From Acidobacteriota bacterium (GTDB lineage Bacteria; Acidobacteriota; Vicinamibacteria; Vicinamibacterales; UBA2999): a stretch of 64,000 nucleotides of DNA. Where the stretch lies: positions 5,243-69,242 of the forward strand of contig JBFMCA010000002.1 of assembly GCA_040754955.1 (NCBI GenBank), in the 5' to 3' direction. The position numbers were made by a program, and so were the translations under genes. Below the pieces are notes generated by a model, which saw nothing but the letters and a program-made list of their open reading frames with translations, made no database searches and was not told where the DNA came from. Below, piece by piece: positions 17,698 through 26,551 of this stretch. How positions within the stretch are numbered: the first letter of the stretch is position 1; every line of letters begins with the position of its first letter.

Positions 17698-18767
17698 TTC
17701 CGGGCCAGCTCCGGCGCGGGCTTCAGGATCTGGAACGTGATCTCATCGTCCTCGTTGACGGGCTGCACGAGGCTCTGGCCGACCACGTTGTCCAACTCGT
17801 ACGGCGGCAAGCCGTCGCCCGGCGACTTGAGGGCGAGGTCGGCCACGGTGAGGATGTGGCCGGCGGGCAGCGCCCGTGCGGCCACGATCTTCTTGCCCAT
17901 CTTCAGGATCGGGCTCGCTTCGCTCGGGTAGATTTTCTTCTGTCCGTCGCCGAGCGCGACGCGCGTGCGCTCCAGATCGCGGACCATCTTGCGCATGCCG
18001 ACGGGTTCGAGCGAAAAGGCGTGGTCGGTGCCGCGCCAGGCCCGGTTCAGCGTGAAGTGCTTCTCGACGATGCGGCTGCCGAGGACGTAGGCGGCCACCG
18101 CCATGGCGATGCCGTTGTCGTGGCCCGAGAAGCCGACGACCGTTTCCGGAAACAGGTCGCGGTAGGTTGAGATCACGCGGAGGTCGAGCAGCTCGTACTC
18201 GCAGGGATACCCTGCGGTGCACTGCAGGATCGCCAGCTGCGGATTGAGCTCGCGCACCGTGTCGTGGGCGCGCCTCACGTCATCCAACGTAGCGCCACCT
18301 GTGCTGACGATCATAGGCTTGCCAAACTTCGCGACGTGTTTGAGCAGCGGCGTGTTCTTGAGGTCCCCAGACGCAATCTTGTACGCCGGCATGCCGAGGT
18401 TCTCGAGAAAGTCGGCGCTGTGGAAGTCGAAGGCCGTGGCGAAGAAGTCGACGCCCAGCTCCTTGCAGTACTGCTGGAGTTCGCGGTACTCCGTCTCGCC
18501 AAACTCGAGCGCCTCGCGGTGCGCGCCGTAGGTCGGGCCGTAGCTGTTCTCGTTCTCATACGGCTTGTCGTACGAGGCCTTGGTGTAGAGCGACTTGTTG
18601 TGACGCTTCTGCAGCTTGACGGCGTGGACGCCGGCCTCCTTGGCAGCCTTGAAGAGCTCCATGCAGGTCTTCAGGCTGCCCTGGTGGTTGTGGCCGACCT
18701 CGGCGATGACGTAGCAGCTCGAGTCGTCGCCGATGGTGTGCGAGCCGATGGTGAGTGTGCGTGCCAA
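17694..18767 (-). CDS. neuB: NeuB-family ulosonate synthase, 9-phosphate-synthase-like clade
   Basis: Motifs IAEVGHNHQG, VKLQKR, SYGPTYGAHREALEF, YKIASGD, STG, QCTAGYP and EKHFTL, plus a C-terminal SAF/AFP domain (KSPGDG). Confidence 0.92.
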   Translation of the reverse strand: MARTLTIGSHTIGDDSSCYVIAEVGHNHQGSLKTCMELFKAAKEAGVHAVKLQKRHNKSLYTKASYDKPYENENSYGPTYGAHREALEFGETEYRELQQYCKELGVDFFATAFDFHSADFLENLGMPAYKIASGDLKNTPLLKHVAKFGKPMIVSTGGATLDDVRRAHDTVRELNPQLAILQCTAGYPCEYELLDLRVISTYRDLFPETVVGFSGHDNGIAMAVAAYVLGSRIVEKHFTLNRAWRGTDHAFSLEPVGMRKMVRDLERTRVALGDGQKKIYPSEASPILKMGKKIVAARALPAGHILTVADLALKSPGDGLPPYELDNVVGQSLVQPVNEDDEITFQILKPAPELARK

Positions 18768-18777
18768 CGTGGTGCTC

Positions 18778-19701
18778 CTATGCCAGGGCGACTGGCTTGA
18801 TCTGTAGAACCAGCTGGTCCCACCCGTACCGGCTGTGCGCCACGTCGCGCGCGGCCCTCCCGATGGACACCAGCCTATCGATGTCCGGCAGCTGGTCGAG
18901 GCGATTGATGTCGAGGACGGTCTTCAGGTGCTCGTAGCCTGCGGGTGAGTATTCATCGAGGTTCGTCAGCACCGCACAGCCGCACTCCATCGCGGCGTTC
19001 ACCGTCGTGTTGTTTGCACGCAGGCCTTTCTCGAAGAAGGCCGCGAGGAAGGTCGCATCGAGCAAATGGTTGTAGACCGCCGTGTCGGACAGATACCCCA
19101 TGAAGTAGACCCGTCCGTCGAAGATCTCCGACAGCTCCTCGAACCGCACGATGAAAGACTCGTCGAAGCTCGTGCCCTCGTGAAGCGCGGTCGAGACGAA
19201 CACCTTGAAGGTCTTCCCGGTGCCTTCGAGCAGGTCCTTCAGCTTCCGGTAGTACGGCACCCGGATCTTGTGCGCCATGCCGAAGGTGAACACCTGCAGC
19301 TCGGTCTGCTGCACGCGGTGGGGCGTGAGGATCGTGCCGGGACAGAACAGCTCGACGATGTCGGGCCGGGCGTCGCGCAACGACTCGAACAGCTCGCGGT
19401 TCCCACAGAAGACGTTGGCGGCGTTCCTGATGAGACGGAGCTCCACCTCGGTCCCGTCGACGGCGTGCAGGAACAGCTCGTACTGCCCGGCACGCTCCCG
19501 GGCCCATTCGTCGAGGAAGTGGACGTGCTGGGGCTCGAACTCGGAGAGCTTCAGCGACAGCAGGGGCCGGCGGGGAGACTCTGCCGGAAGGTTCGTGATG
19601 CCGACCACCGGGAGCCCGAGATGCTTGGCGAGGATCTGGTTGAACTTGGCGATGCCGCAGGTCCACGGGTTGAGGTGATACCCGGCGATACAGTCGATCA
19701 T
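18778..19701 (-). CDS. Hypothetical protein, probable compact GT-B glycosyltransferase
   Basis: CGIAKFN near the N-terminus, FTFG, FMGYLSD and NTTVNAAMECGCAVLTN (GT4-like C-terminal motif). Confidence 0.55.
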   Translation of the reverse strand: MIDCIAGYHLNPWTCGIAKFNQILAKHLGLPVVGITNLPAESPRRPLLSLKLSEFEPQHVHFLDEWARERAGQYELFLHAVDGTEVELRLIRNAANVFCGNRELFESLRDARPDIVELFCPGTILTPHRVQQTELQVFTFGMAHKIRVPYYRKLKDLLEGTGKTFKVFVSTALHEGTSFDESFIVRFEELSEIFDGRVYFMGYLSDTAVYNHLLDATFLAAFFEKGLRANNTTVNAAMECGCAVLTNLDEYSPAGYEHLKTVLDINRLDQLPDIDRLVSIGRAARDVAHSRYGWDQLVLQIKPVALA

Positions 19702-21911
19702 TCTTTGGCCACCCTATTGTAGCCGAGAACGTCAGTGCGGCCGCCGGCGGCGCTGCGGTCTGGCCGCCATCCATGCCCCGCCAAATGGGCACTGGCGCGC
19801 GCCAGGGCGTCCGGCAGTCCTTCGAGCACCAGGTGCGAGAGAGTCGATTCCGAGACCCCCTCAACCGCGGCAAGCACTTCCGCCTCGTCCGGTCCGAGAA
19901 TCGCACGTACCACCGCCGGCGGCGGCAGCTTCCACCGCCTGATCGCCCAGCCCAGGGGCACGCTCATAACGGGCTGCAGAACCTCTGCGCCGGGCGCAGG
20001 GTCGTGGCCGCGCCACAGAGGCGTGCGCAACGGGAGCCGGTCGGCGTCAGGCGCGAAGGCCGCGTACCGGTCCATCAGCAGGCGGCTCTTGCCGCCGGCC
20101 CTGACCGGAAGCGGAACAACGAGCCCGTCGCACTGGTTCGCGAGAACGTTCTGCCAGAGCAGCCCAAGGGACGCCAGGTTCGTTTCGAACGCCATCACCG
20201 AGCAGCCCGTCCGCCGTGCCACTGCCAGCGCGAAGTGCCCATCGCGGGCTGTGAGATCGTAGACGACCGCGCCTGGCGTCACGCGCGGGACCAGCCACTC
20301 CAGCGCCGCGCGCGCGGATGGCGCGAGGCCGGACGACGTGGTCTCCACAGCCCACAGTTCGACACCGGCCTCACGCATCGGCCGAAGCCGGGCCGACGCG
20401 TGCACCTTACGCGCGCCCGGCGCTTCTGTCGACGGCAGGGGGCGGTGCGCGGGCACCAGCTCGGGCGACCGCTGCTCCTCGCGCCGATCGGCTCGCGAGC
20501 CGGCGAACCGTTCCACCGCATCCGCCAGCACCGCCGCCGCGGGAACGTCCCATCCCGCCGGGCGAACGAACGCAGCCACCCTCGACTGCCACGCCGCGGG
20601 TGCCGTCGGACGCTCAATCTCCGCGGCAAGATCCGCGACGTGCGCATCGAGGTCGCTGGCCACCCGCACGAAGCCACCATGGGGCTCGGTCAGATAGTGG
20701 AAGTGCAGCGTCGACGCCTGACCGTCGGCGTAGGCGTCATCGGTCAGAATGGTGAAGACCGGACGTCCGACGATTCCCGCCTCGATCTCAGCGCTCGTAT
20801 TCAACCCGACGACCGCAGTCGAGTGGAAGATGCTCTCGTACAGCACCTGGCTCGCCTCGTAGTCCGACGTCAGCGTCAGCGCTGCCGGATCCCCGAAGAT
20901 CGGCCGCGCGCGAAGCTCGACGCCGGACAGGCCGTCCCACGTGAACGCGCGTTCCTCGCCCGTCCAGCTGCCCTCGGCCAGGGGCAGATCGGGATGCGGC
21001 CGGATCAGCAGGCACGCGCGGCTGACCCTGGGGTGCGGCGACCGGCGGACCGCGGCAATCCACTGGCGGAGAAACCTGATCTCCTTCTCGGATACCAGCC
21101 GTGACGAGCAGAGGTAGAGCACGATCGGCACGTCGGCGCCAACGCCGAGCGACTTACGCACGGCGCCGGGTGCGACCGTGCTGCGTCGCTCGAAGAATCG
21201 GTCGAACCGAGGGGCACCCGTGACCGTCACGCGCTCCGCCGGGATGCCGTGCAGCAGGGCCGCCTCGGCCCGTTGCTGCTCGTTCCATACGAACAAGTGG
21301 TCGGGCGCACAGTGCATTGCGCCCTTCGTGCTCAGGTTGTCCCAACTGAACAGCATCATACCCACCGGGATTCCGAGCTCCCGCGCGGCCTTGACGATCT
21401 CCACCTGCAGGCCACCGAAATGGATGAGTGGGGTGACCAGTAGCACCTCTGGGGCCATGCGGCGCAGCGCCTCCAGCGCGAGCTGATCCGGCGGGGTCGC
21501 CTCTTCGAGCGCGGCCAACGCGCGGTTGATGCGGACCAGGGCCTCCTCGCCCAGGGCCAGCCACTGCTCGGCACTCCACGATCGAGCGACCTCCTTGGGA
21601 GCACCGACGGCCTTCATGAGCCGCTCGAAGACCCGCCCCCGCAGCTTACGCGCGCCGCGGTAGGGTTCCCCAAAGTACTGCAGGAGATCACGCAGGGGCC
21701 GGGCGAGATCGGCCGTGTCCGCCCAGCGGTCGCGCCGGCCGTCGGGCAACGGCACGACACGAACGCGCGGGTGCTCCACCAGCCCGCCGACTTTCGCGTC
21801 GCGCTCGTGGATCGCGACGATCACGTCGTGGCCCCGCGACGCGAGCGTGCGCACCACACCCACGAACGGCTCGACGGCCTTGCGATGCCTGAACGAGATG
21901 GCGATTCTCAC
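19698..21911 (-). CDS. Uncharacterised GT-B-like transferase (family 'SWD/RPHP') fused to a degenerate FkbM-type methyltransferase domain
   Basis: Motifs FSWDNLSTKG, LFVWNEQQ, IRPHP, VVGLNTSAEIEA and STLHFHYL. The C-terminal domain has VVYDLTARDGHF..AFETN. GTGA overlap at 21908-21911. Confidence 0.75.
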   Translation of the reverse strand: MRIAISFRHRKAVEPFVGVVRTLASRGHDVIVAIHERDAKVGGLVEHPRVRVVPLPDGRRDRWADTADLARPLRDLLQYFGEPYRGARKLRGRVFERLMKAVGAPKEVARSWSAEQWLALGEEALVRINRALAALEEATPPDQLALEALRRMAPEVLLVTPLIHFGGLQVEIVKAARELGIPVGMMLFSWDNLSTKGAMHCAPDHLFVWNEQQRAEAALLHGIPAERVTVTGAPRFDRFFERRSTVAPGAVRKSLGVGADVPIVLYLCSSRLVSEKEIRFLRQWIAAVRRSPHPRVSRACLLIRPHPDLPLAEGSWTGEERAFTWDGLSGVELRARPIFGDPAALTLTSDYEASQVLYESIFHSTAVVGLNTSAEIEAGIVGRPVFTILTDDAYADGQASTLHFHYLTEPHGGFVRVASDLDAHVADLAAEIERPTAPAAWQSRVAAFVRPAGWDVPAAAVLADAVERFAGSRADRREEQRSPELVPAHRPLPSTEAPGARKVHASARLRPMREAGVELWAVETTSSGLAPSARAALEWLVPRVTPGAVVYDLTARDGHFALAVARRTGCSVMAFETNLASLGLLWQNVLANQCDGLVVPLPVRAGGKSRLLMDRYAAFAPDADRLPLRTPLWRGHDPAPGAEVLQPVMSVPLGWAIRRWKLPPPAVVRAILGPDEAEVLAAVEGVSESTLSHLVLEGLPDALARASAHLAGHGWRPDRSAAGGRTDVLGYNRVAKE

Positions 21912-22579
21912 AGGGCGACCGGCAGCTTTTCCATCACGATGACGCGACCCTTGTTCAGCCAGTCCATACGCGCCTCCAGGTCGGGCCGCGTCCGGCAGCC
22001 CTCCAGCACGAACAGCAGCCGCAGGAAGTCCTTGTTCAGCAGCGTGACGTGCGTCGGATCCACGTCGAACTGCGTGGTGAAGTCGACAAGGCTCGCCGGC
22101 TCGGGATGGAAACGCGTCGTCACGTAGAGGTACTTCGACGTCATGCGCACCATGTTCTCGACGGTCTTCTTCACCTGGAACACGGTCAGGTGCTCCATCA
22201 CCTCGCGGCAGATCACGAGGTCGTAGGCGTTGTCGGGCTTGATGGGCTCGAAGGTGTTGCCCGTAACGATGCGATCGCGCACTTCGGGAGTGGCGAGCTG
22301 CCTGCTGCTCTCCGCGAAGTCGATGCCCTCGACGTCGACGCCGAGCTCGTGGAGCAGGTGCATCAGCGCGCCAGGCCCGCACCCGAGATCGAGCACCCTG
22401 TTTGGAGAAAAGACCTCCTTGATCAGCTGCGGATTGCGCCCCTCTATCGCGCGCCTGGTCTCGAGGTTGTAGCTGTTGCCCTCGGCACGCCACTCGCCGG
22501 TGAAGTACTCGGTGTCGTAGTGCTCGGAGGAAGTGGGCTTCTGCGCGAAGATGGCGTTCTCGAATTCGGCAATGGTCAT
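21908..22579 (-). CDS. Class I SAM-dependent methyltransferase
   Basis: Motifs VLDLGCGPG, GIDF and YDLVICREVMEHL. ATGA overlap at 22576-22579. Confidence 0.88.
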   Translation of the reverse strand: MTIAEFENAIFAQKPTSSEHYDTEYFTGEWRAEGNSYNLETRRAIEGRNPQLIKEVFSPNRVLDLGCGPGALMHLLHELGVDVEGIDFAESSRQLATPEVRDRIVTGNTFEPIKPDNAYDLVICREVMEHLTVFQVKKTVENMVRMTSKYLYVTTRFHPEPASLVDFTTQFDVDPTHVTLLNKDFLRLLFVLEGCRTRPDLEARMDWLNKGRVIVMEKLPVAL

Positions 22580-23043
22580 AAGGGTCTCTGGTGGATGCGT
22601 GTCCATTCCTCCGCGAAGCGTTCGAGGAGACGGGACGAGGAATCGAGCATGGTGTCGAGATAGACTATTTCGATACCCATCCGCCGGCAAATCTCGACCT
22701 GCCGGGGCGGCAGCCCCCGGGCCTTCCAGTCGGCGCCTTTCACGTAGTGCGACGGACGGAGTTGCTCGAGGATGGTCTCAGTGTCGTGCTGATTGACGTG
22801 GGCGTACGAGATGTACCGCACGGCGTCGACCACCACGGCACGCGCTTGCTCTGGAAGCAGGGGCGGCCGGCCCTTGGTTCGGACGTAGCGGTCGGAGGCG
22901 ACGTTGCACAGCAGCGGACGAGCCACACGCGCCGCCGCCTCCCGGAAGTACTCGATGTGTCCGGCATGCAGCGGGTCGAAGGCGCCGTCCACCATCGCCA
23001 CGCGGCCGGCATACGCCGGCAGATCAGGATACGACACGATCAT
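22576..23043 (-). CDS. Stand-alone HxGH cytidylyltransferase (TagD/RfaE-domain-II-like)
   Basis: Motifs DGAFDPLHAGH, SD..VRTKGR, YVKGADW and DSSS. Confidence 0.88.
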   Translation of the reverse strand: MIVSYPDLPAYAGRVAMVDGAFDPLHAGHIEYFREAAARVARPLLCNVASDRYVRTKGRPPLLPEQARAVVVDAVRYISYAHVNQHDTETILEQLRPSHYVKGADWKARGLPPRQVEICRRMGIEIVYLDTMLDSSSRLLERFAEEWTRIHQRPL

Positions 23044-24112
23044 CGTCGTTGGCCCTCGATCCCATCGAGATTGAGGTGGCTGCGGACGGCGGCGTCTGCA
23101 AACAGGCGGTCGAGCAGCGCGGAGACGAACCGGCGGGCGCTCGGGAGATTCATGTGCGAGCCGAGCTGTCCCTGGAGTCCTTCCGGCCAGACCTCGATAT
23201 AGGGTGTGCCCGTCCGCCGCGCCAGCTCGCGTGCCACGTGCAATGGGGCGTGGTCCGCATAGGGAACGAACGTGAACACCAGCATGCCACCGCGGCTCTC
23301 AACCTCGCGACGGAACGTCTGGAGATGTGCGATCTGGACCTCAAGGAATCGCGCCATGAATTCTCGTTGCTCTGGTGTCGGCTCGTCAGCGGGCGGCGTC
23401 GTCAGCGGCCGCCGTTGATCTTCCGAAAACACTCACCACGGGGTGCCGGTCTCGCGCGATCGATAGATCACCTGATTCCGCTGGTTCAGCCAGTACTCGC
23501 GCCAGGGCGGCACGACGAGATGGAGATGCTTACGAACCTCCCAACTCGCGACACGCTCGAAGTAGGTCCGCCAGCTCTCCCAGGCCGTCCGATTGCGGGC
23601 CGCGACGGCAGCCGCCGGGCTGATCGTTCATGAAGAACCCGTCGGCATTGGCCACGACCAGCTTCGGCCGAAGATCTCATTTCCGGATCACCGCCACTGG
23701 AAAGGCATCGGCGCTGCCCGGAAACGCCATGTTGTAGCCCCGCCCGTACGAGGCCAGCGTGGGCTCGAACGCCTCGGCCCTGAATGCGTAGAGCCCTCGG
23801 GAGTTGCCGACGAACACCCCGTCCGCCTTGCGCAGCGCCGCCGGCACACCCCACCAGCCATAAAACGCGACGTCGAACTCCAGGACCTCGGGATCCGAAC
23901 TGAGGTACCAGTCCCGCGACACGTCGGGCAGTTCGTGGCGGTACGGCACGGTGTGCCTCGACAGCGGCATCTGCAGGTCGGCCCAGTACCCTGCGGCCAC
24001 GGTCCCGGTGAACACGAGCGCGAAGACGAAGGGGCTGATGACCACCGTGGGGCGGCGCCACGGCCGGCGCCTAAGATTAAGATTAATTAAGACTGGAAGT
24101 AGATGGAATCAT
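23040..24112 (-). pseudogene. Disrupted SGNH/AlgJ-DltD-like partner of the MBOAT acyltransferase
   Basis: TM helix, then VFVGNSR ... GSHMN. The frame is broken by in-frame TGA 23677-23679 (IRK*DLRPKLVVANADGFF), a frameshift near 23625 and in-frame TGA 23433-23435. A candidate original start overlapping the MBOAT end (ATG 24112, MIPSTSSLN*) is cut by a TAATCT repeat. Confidence 0.7.
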
Positions 24113-25538
24113 TCGAGCGCCCGTAGAAGCTCAGCGTCGCGTACAACATCAAGGCCGCCCAGGCCGCACGCTTGAACGCGTGCAGCGGGCGACCTGCGAA
24201 CTGGCGCAGGGCGGCCCTTCCGTGCATCGCCGCGACCACACCGATGAGCAGCAGGGTGAACTGGGGCCAGTCGTGGCTGAAGTCGAGCGCGCCGGTGGGC
24301 CCGCCGAACAAGTTCGCGACGAACTGGTTGGCCTCGGCCAACGAGTCGCTCCGGAAATACACCCACGCCAGCGCGACGACCAGCTGCACCACCAGATAGT
24401 ACGGGATGGACCACGCCCACATCAGGGGTCCCGACGCCTGGCCGAGGCGCTGGGGGATGCCAAGAAGCCGCTCCACGGCGAGCGCGGCACCGTGGATGGC
24501 ACCCCAGACAGCGAAGGTCCAGGCGGCGCCATGCCACAACCCGCCCAGGAGCATGACGACGACGAGGTTCGCGTAGGTGCGCGCGGCTCCCGCCCGGTTG
24601 CCACCCAGAGGGATGTACAGGTAGTCGCGCAGCCAGGTCGAGAGCGAAATATGCCACCGCCGCCAGAACTCGCTGAACGACCTCGCGATGTACGGGTAGT
24701 TGAAGTTCAGCGGGAGACGGAATCCCAGCAGGTAGGCCGTCCCGCGGGCGATGTCGGAATAGCCCGCGAAGTCGCAGTAGATCTGGACCGAGAACAGTGC
24801 GAGCGCAAACCACGCCAGGTGCGCGTCCGCGCCTGGCTGTGAGGCGACGTCCCACACGGGCTGCAGCCCCGGCGGGCCGCCAAGGTACGCGCCGATGTTG
24901 TCGGCACACACCATCTTCAGGAAGAAGCCCCGCAGCACCAGTCCCAGCGCCTCCAGCGTGACGCGCAGGTGAATCTGACGCGGACGCCGGAACTGGTACA
25001 GGAACTCGCTCGCGCGTACGATGGGTCCCACTACCAGCTGCGGAAAGAACGCGACGAACAAGAGGAACCGCCAGAAGCTCCTCTCGCGCCTCAGCTCGCC
25101 GCGGTACACGTCGATGGTGTAGCTCATCGACTGGAACGTGTAGAAGGAGATGCCGATGGGCAGGACCACGTGGAACGCCGGGTGCCAGCCCACGTCGACC
25201 GACGCCACGGAGAGAAGTCCCAGGGCCGACTCGATCAGGAACGTCGCGTACTTGAAGAACGCAAGCATTCCAAGGTTGGCCGTCAGCGATATGATGAGCA
25301 CCGCGCGCCGGATCCGCTCGCGTGGGTCGCGCGCGAGCACCAGCCCCGCGACGTAGTCGATCACGCAGTTGAACAGCAGCAGGAGCAGGTAGGACGGGCG
25401 GTGCCACCCGTAGAATATCAAGCTGAGGACCAGGAGCACCAGCAGGTACGGTACGGCGTTCGACTGCATCCCGATGGTTGCCCGAGCCGCCAGCGCCGCG
25501 AACATCATCGCCGCGAACGCGAATGACACGAAGTTCAT
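24087..25538 (-). CDS. MBOAT family O-acyltransferase (AlgI/PatA/DltB-like)
   Basis: Motifs FFKY, LPIGISFYTFQSMSY, FFPQLVVGPIVR, QIYCDFAGYSDIA, NFNYPY, FWRRWHISLSTWLRDYLYIPLGG and GLWHGA. Confidence 0.93.
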   Translation of the reverse strand: MNFVSFAFAAMMFAALAARATIGMQSNAVPYLLVLLVLSLIFYGWHRPSYLLLLLFNCVIDYVAGLVLARDPRERIRRAVLIISLTANLGMLAFFKYATFLIESALGLLSVASVDVGWHPAFHVVLPIGISFYTFQSMSYTIDVYRGELRRERSFWRFLLFVAFFPQLVVGPIVRASEFLYQFRRPRQIHLRVTLEALGLVLRGFFLKMVCADNIGAYLGGPPGLQPVWDVASQPGADAHLAWFALALFSVQIYCDFAGYSDIARGTAYLLGFRLPLNFNYPYIARSFSEFWRRWHISLSTWLRDYLYIPLGGNRAGAARTYANLVVVMLLGGLWHGAAWTFAVWGAIHGAALAVERLLGIPQRLGQASGPLMWAWSIPYYLVVQLVVALAWVYFRSDSLAEANQFVANLFGGPTGALDFSHDWPQFTLLLIGVVAAMHGRAALRQFAGRPLHAFKRAAWAALMLYATLSFYGRSNDSIYFQS

Positions 25539-26551
25539 TGAACTCGCACCCGCCGTTGTCCGCCCCGCAGCGAACGCCGCGCTGGCCGCGCGTGCTCGCG
25601 GCGACCCTGTGGGCCGCGGCGGCGGCCGCAACGCTCCTCCCGCCCAGTCCCGCCGACGAAGGGCTCGTCGTCCCGGAGGTCAACATCCGCTGGACCCCTG
25701 GACTCTCGGTGGCGGAGCGCACGCGGGTCGAGCAGGAACTGCGACTCGTCGGCGCGACGCACCGCGAGGGCACGACATGGGGCTACGGCACGCTCGACGC
25801 GTCGCAGCACGGCCTCGCACGGATTGTCCGCCACCCGGCCGTCGCCGACACGCATTGGATCGACCGCACCGCCTACACCCTCGCGCCCGGCGCGCGGTCG
25901 ACGCGGGTGTTCCTGGCACAGGCAACATCCCCACTTCGCGACCGCCTCACCACCGCGGCGAGGCCGCTCGCGCCGTGGCTCCTCGGCGTCGCGTACGTCA
26001 CGACCCTGGCGGCATTCCGCGCTCGCTCCCGGATCGCTGTGGCCGTAATCGCGGCGGTGCCAGCGCTGTGGCTGACATTCGCCGCCGTCGAAGGCCCGCA
26101 GGCAGCCGTGTGGAACGCCTTTCGGTTCCATCATCTCCTCGACCGTGCGGCCGCGACGCTGACGATCGACCGCGCCTTCGGACCGCCGCCACGGGTAGCG
26201 GGATTCTGGGTCGATGCGACGGCGGGCTGCGCGCATGCCCTGTCTGGACGGATGTCGCTGGATCTGGACGACGTGGGGGGCCAGCTCACGCTGGACGGGG
26301 AACCGGCGCCGATCACGACCTACCGCGCCGAGTACGGCCGCGTCGGTTTCAGACAGTGGGGACGATCCGTCGTCAGGATACGGGCGGATCTCGAGGATGG
26401 CCGCGTCGCGTTCGTGGCGCTGCAGGGAGTGGGCCTGTCGGTTGCCGAAGTGCTGTTCGTGGAGGTGAGGAACCGCGACGGCAGCCTGACGCGGCTGGCG
26501 GCTCCCGAGGCCCTCGAGCAGTGCGGCGAGGTCAGTAGTACCGATCACTGA
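25538..26551 (+). CDS. Hypothetical membrane-associated protein, antisense to the glycan operon (start uncertain)
   Basis: Signal/TM-like N-terminus, an ~65-aa domain (VNIRWTPG..REGTTWGY..HPAVADTHWIDR), two TM-like helices and a beta-rich C-terminus. It fills the gap between two minus-strand genes. Confidence 0.55.
   Translation: MNSHPPLSAPQRTPRWPRVLAATLWAAAAAATLLPPSPADEGLVVPEVNIRWTPGLSVAERTRVEQELRLVGATHREGTTWGYGTLDASQHGLARIVRHPAVADTHWIDRTAYTLAPGARSTRVFLAQATSPLRDRLTTAARPLAPWLLGVAYVTTLAAFRARSRIAVAVIAAVPALWLTFAAVEGPQAAVWNAFRFHHLLDRAAATLTIDRAFGPPPRVAGFWVDATAGCAHALSGRMSLDLDDVGGQLTLDGEPAPITTYRAEYGRVGFRQWGRSVVRIRADLEDGRVAFVALQGVGLSVAEVLFVEVRNRDGSLTRLAAPEALEQCGEVSSTDH

Noticed and set aside
23433-23679. 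Stop-codon recoding (TGA as Trp or Sec) in the SGNH-like gene
   Set aside because: TGA terminates many other genes in the window, and the same gene also has a frameshift and a broken 5' end.
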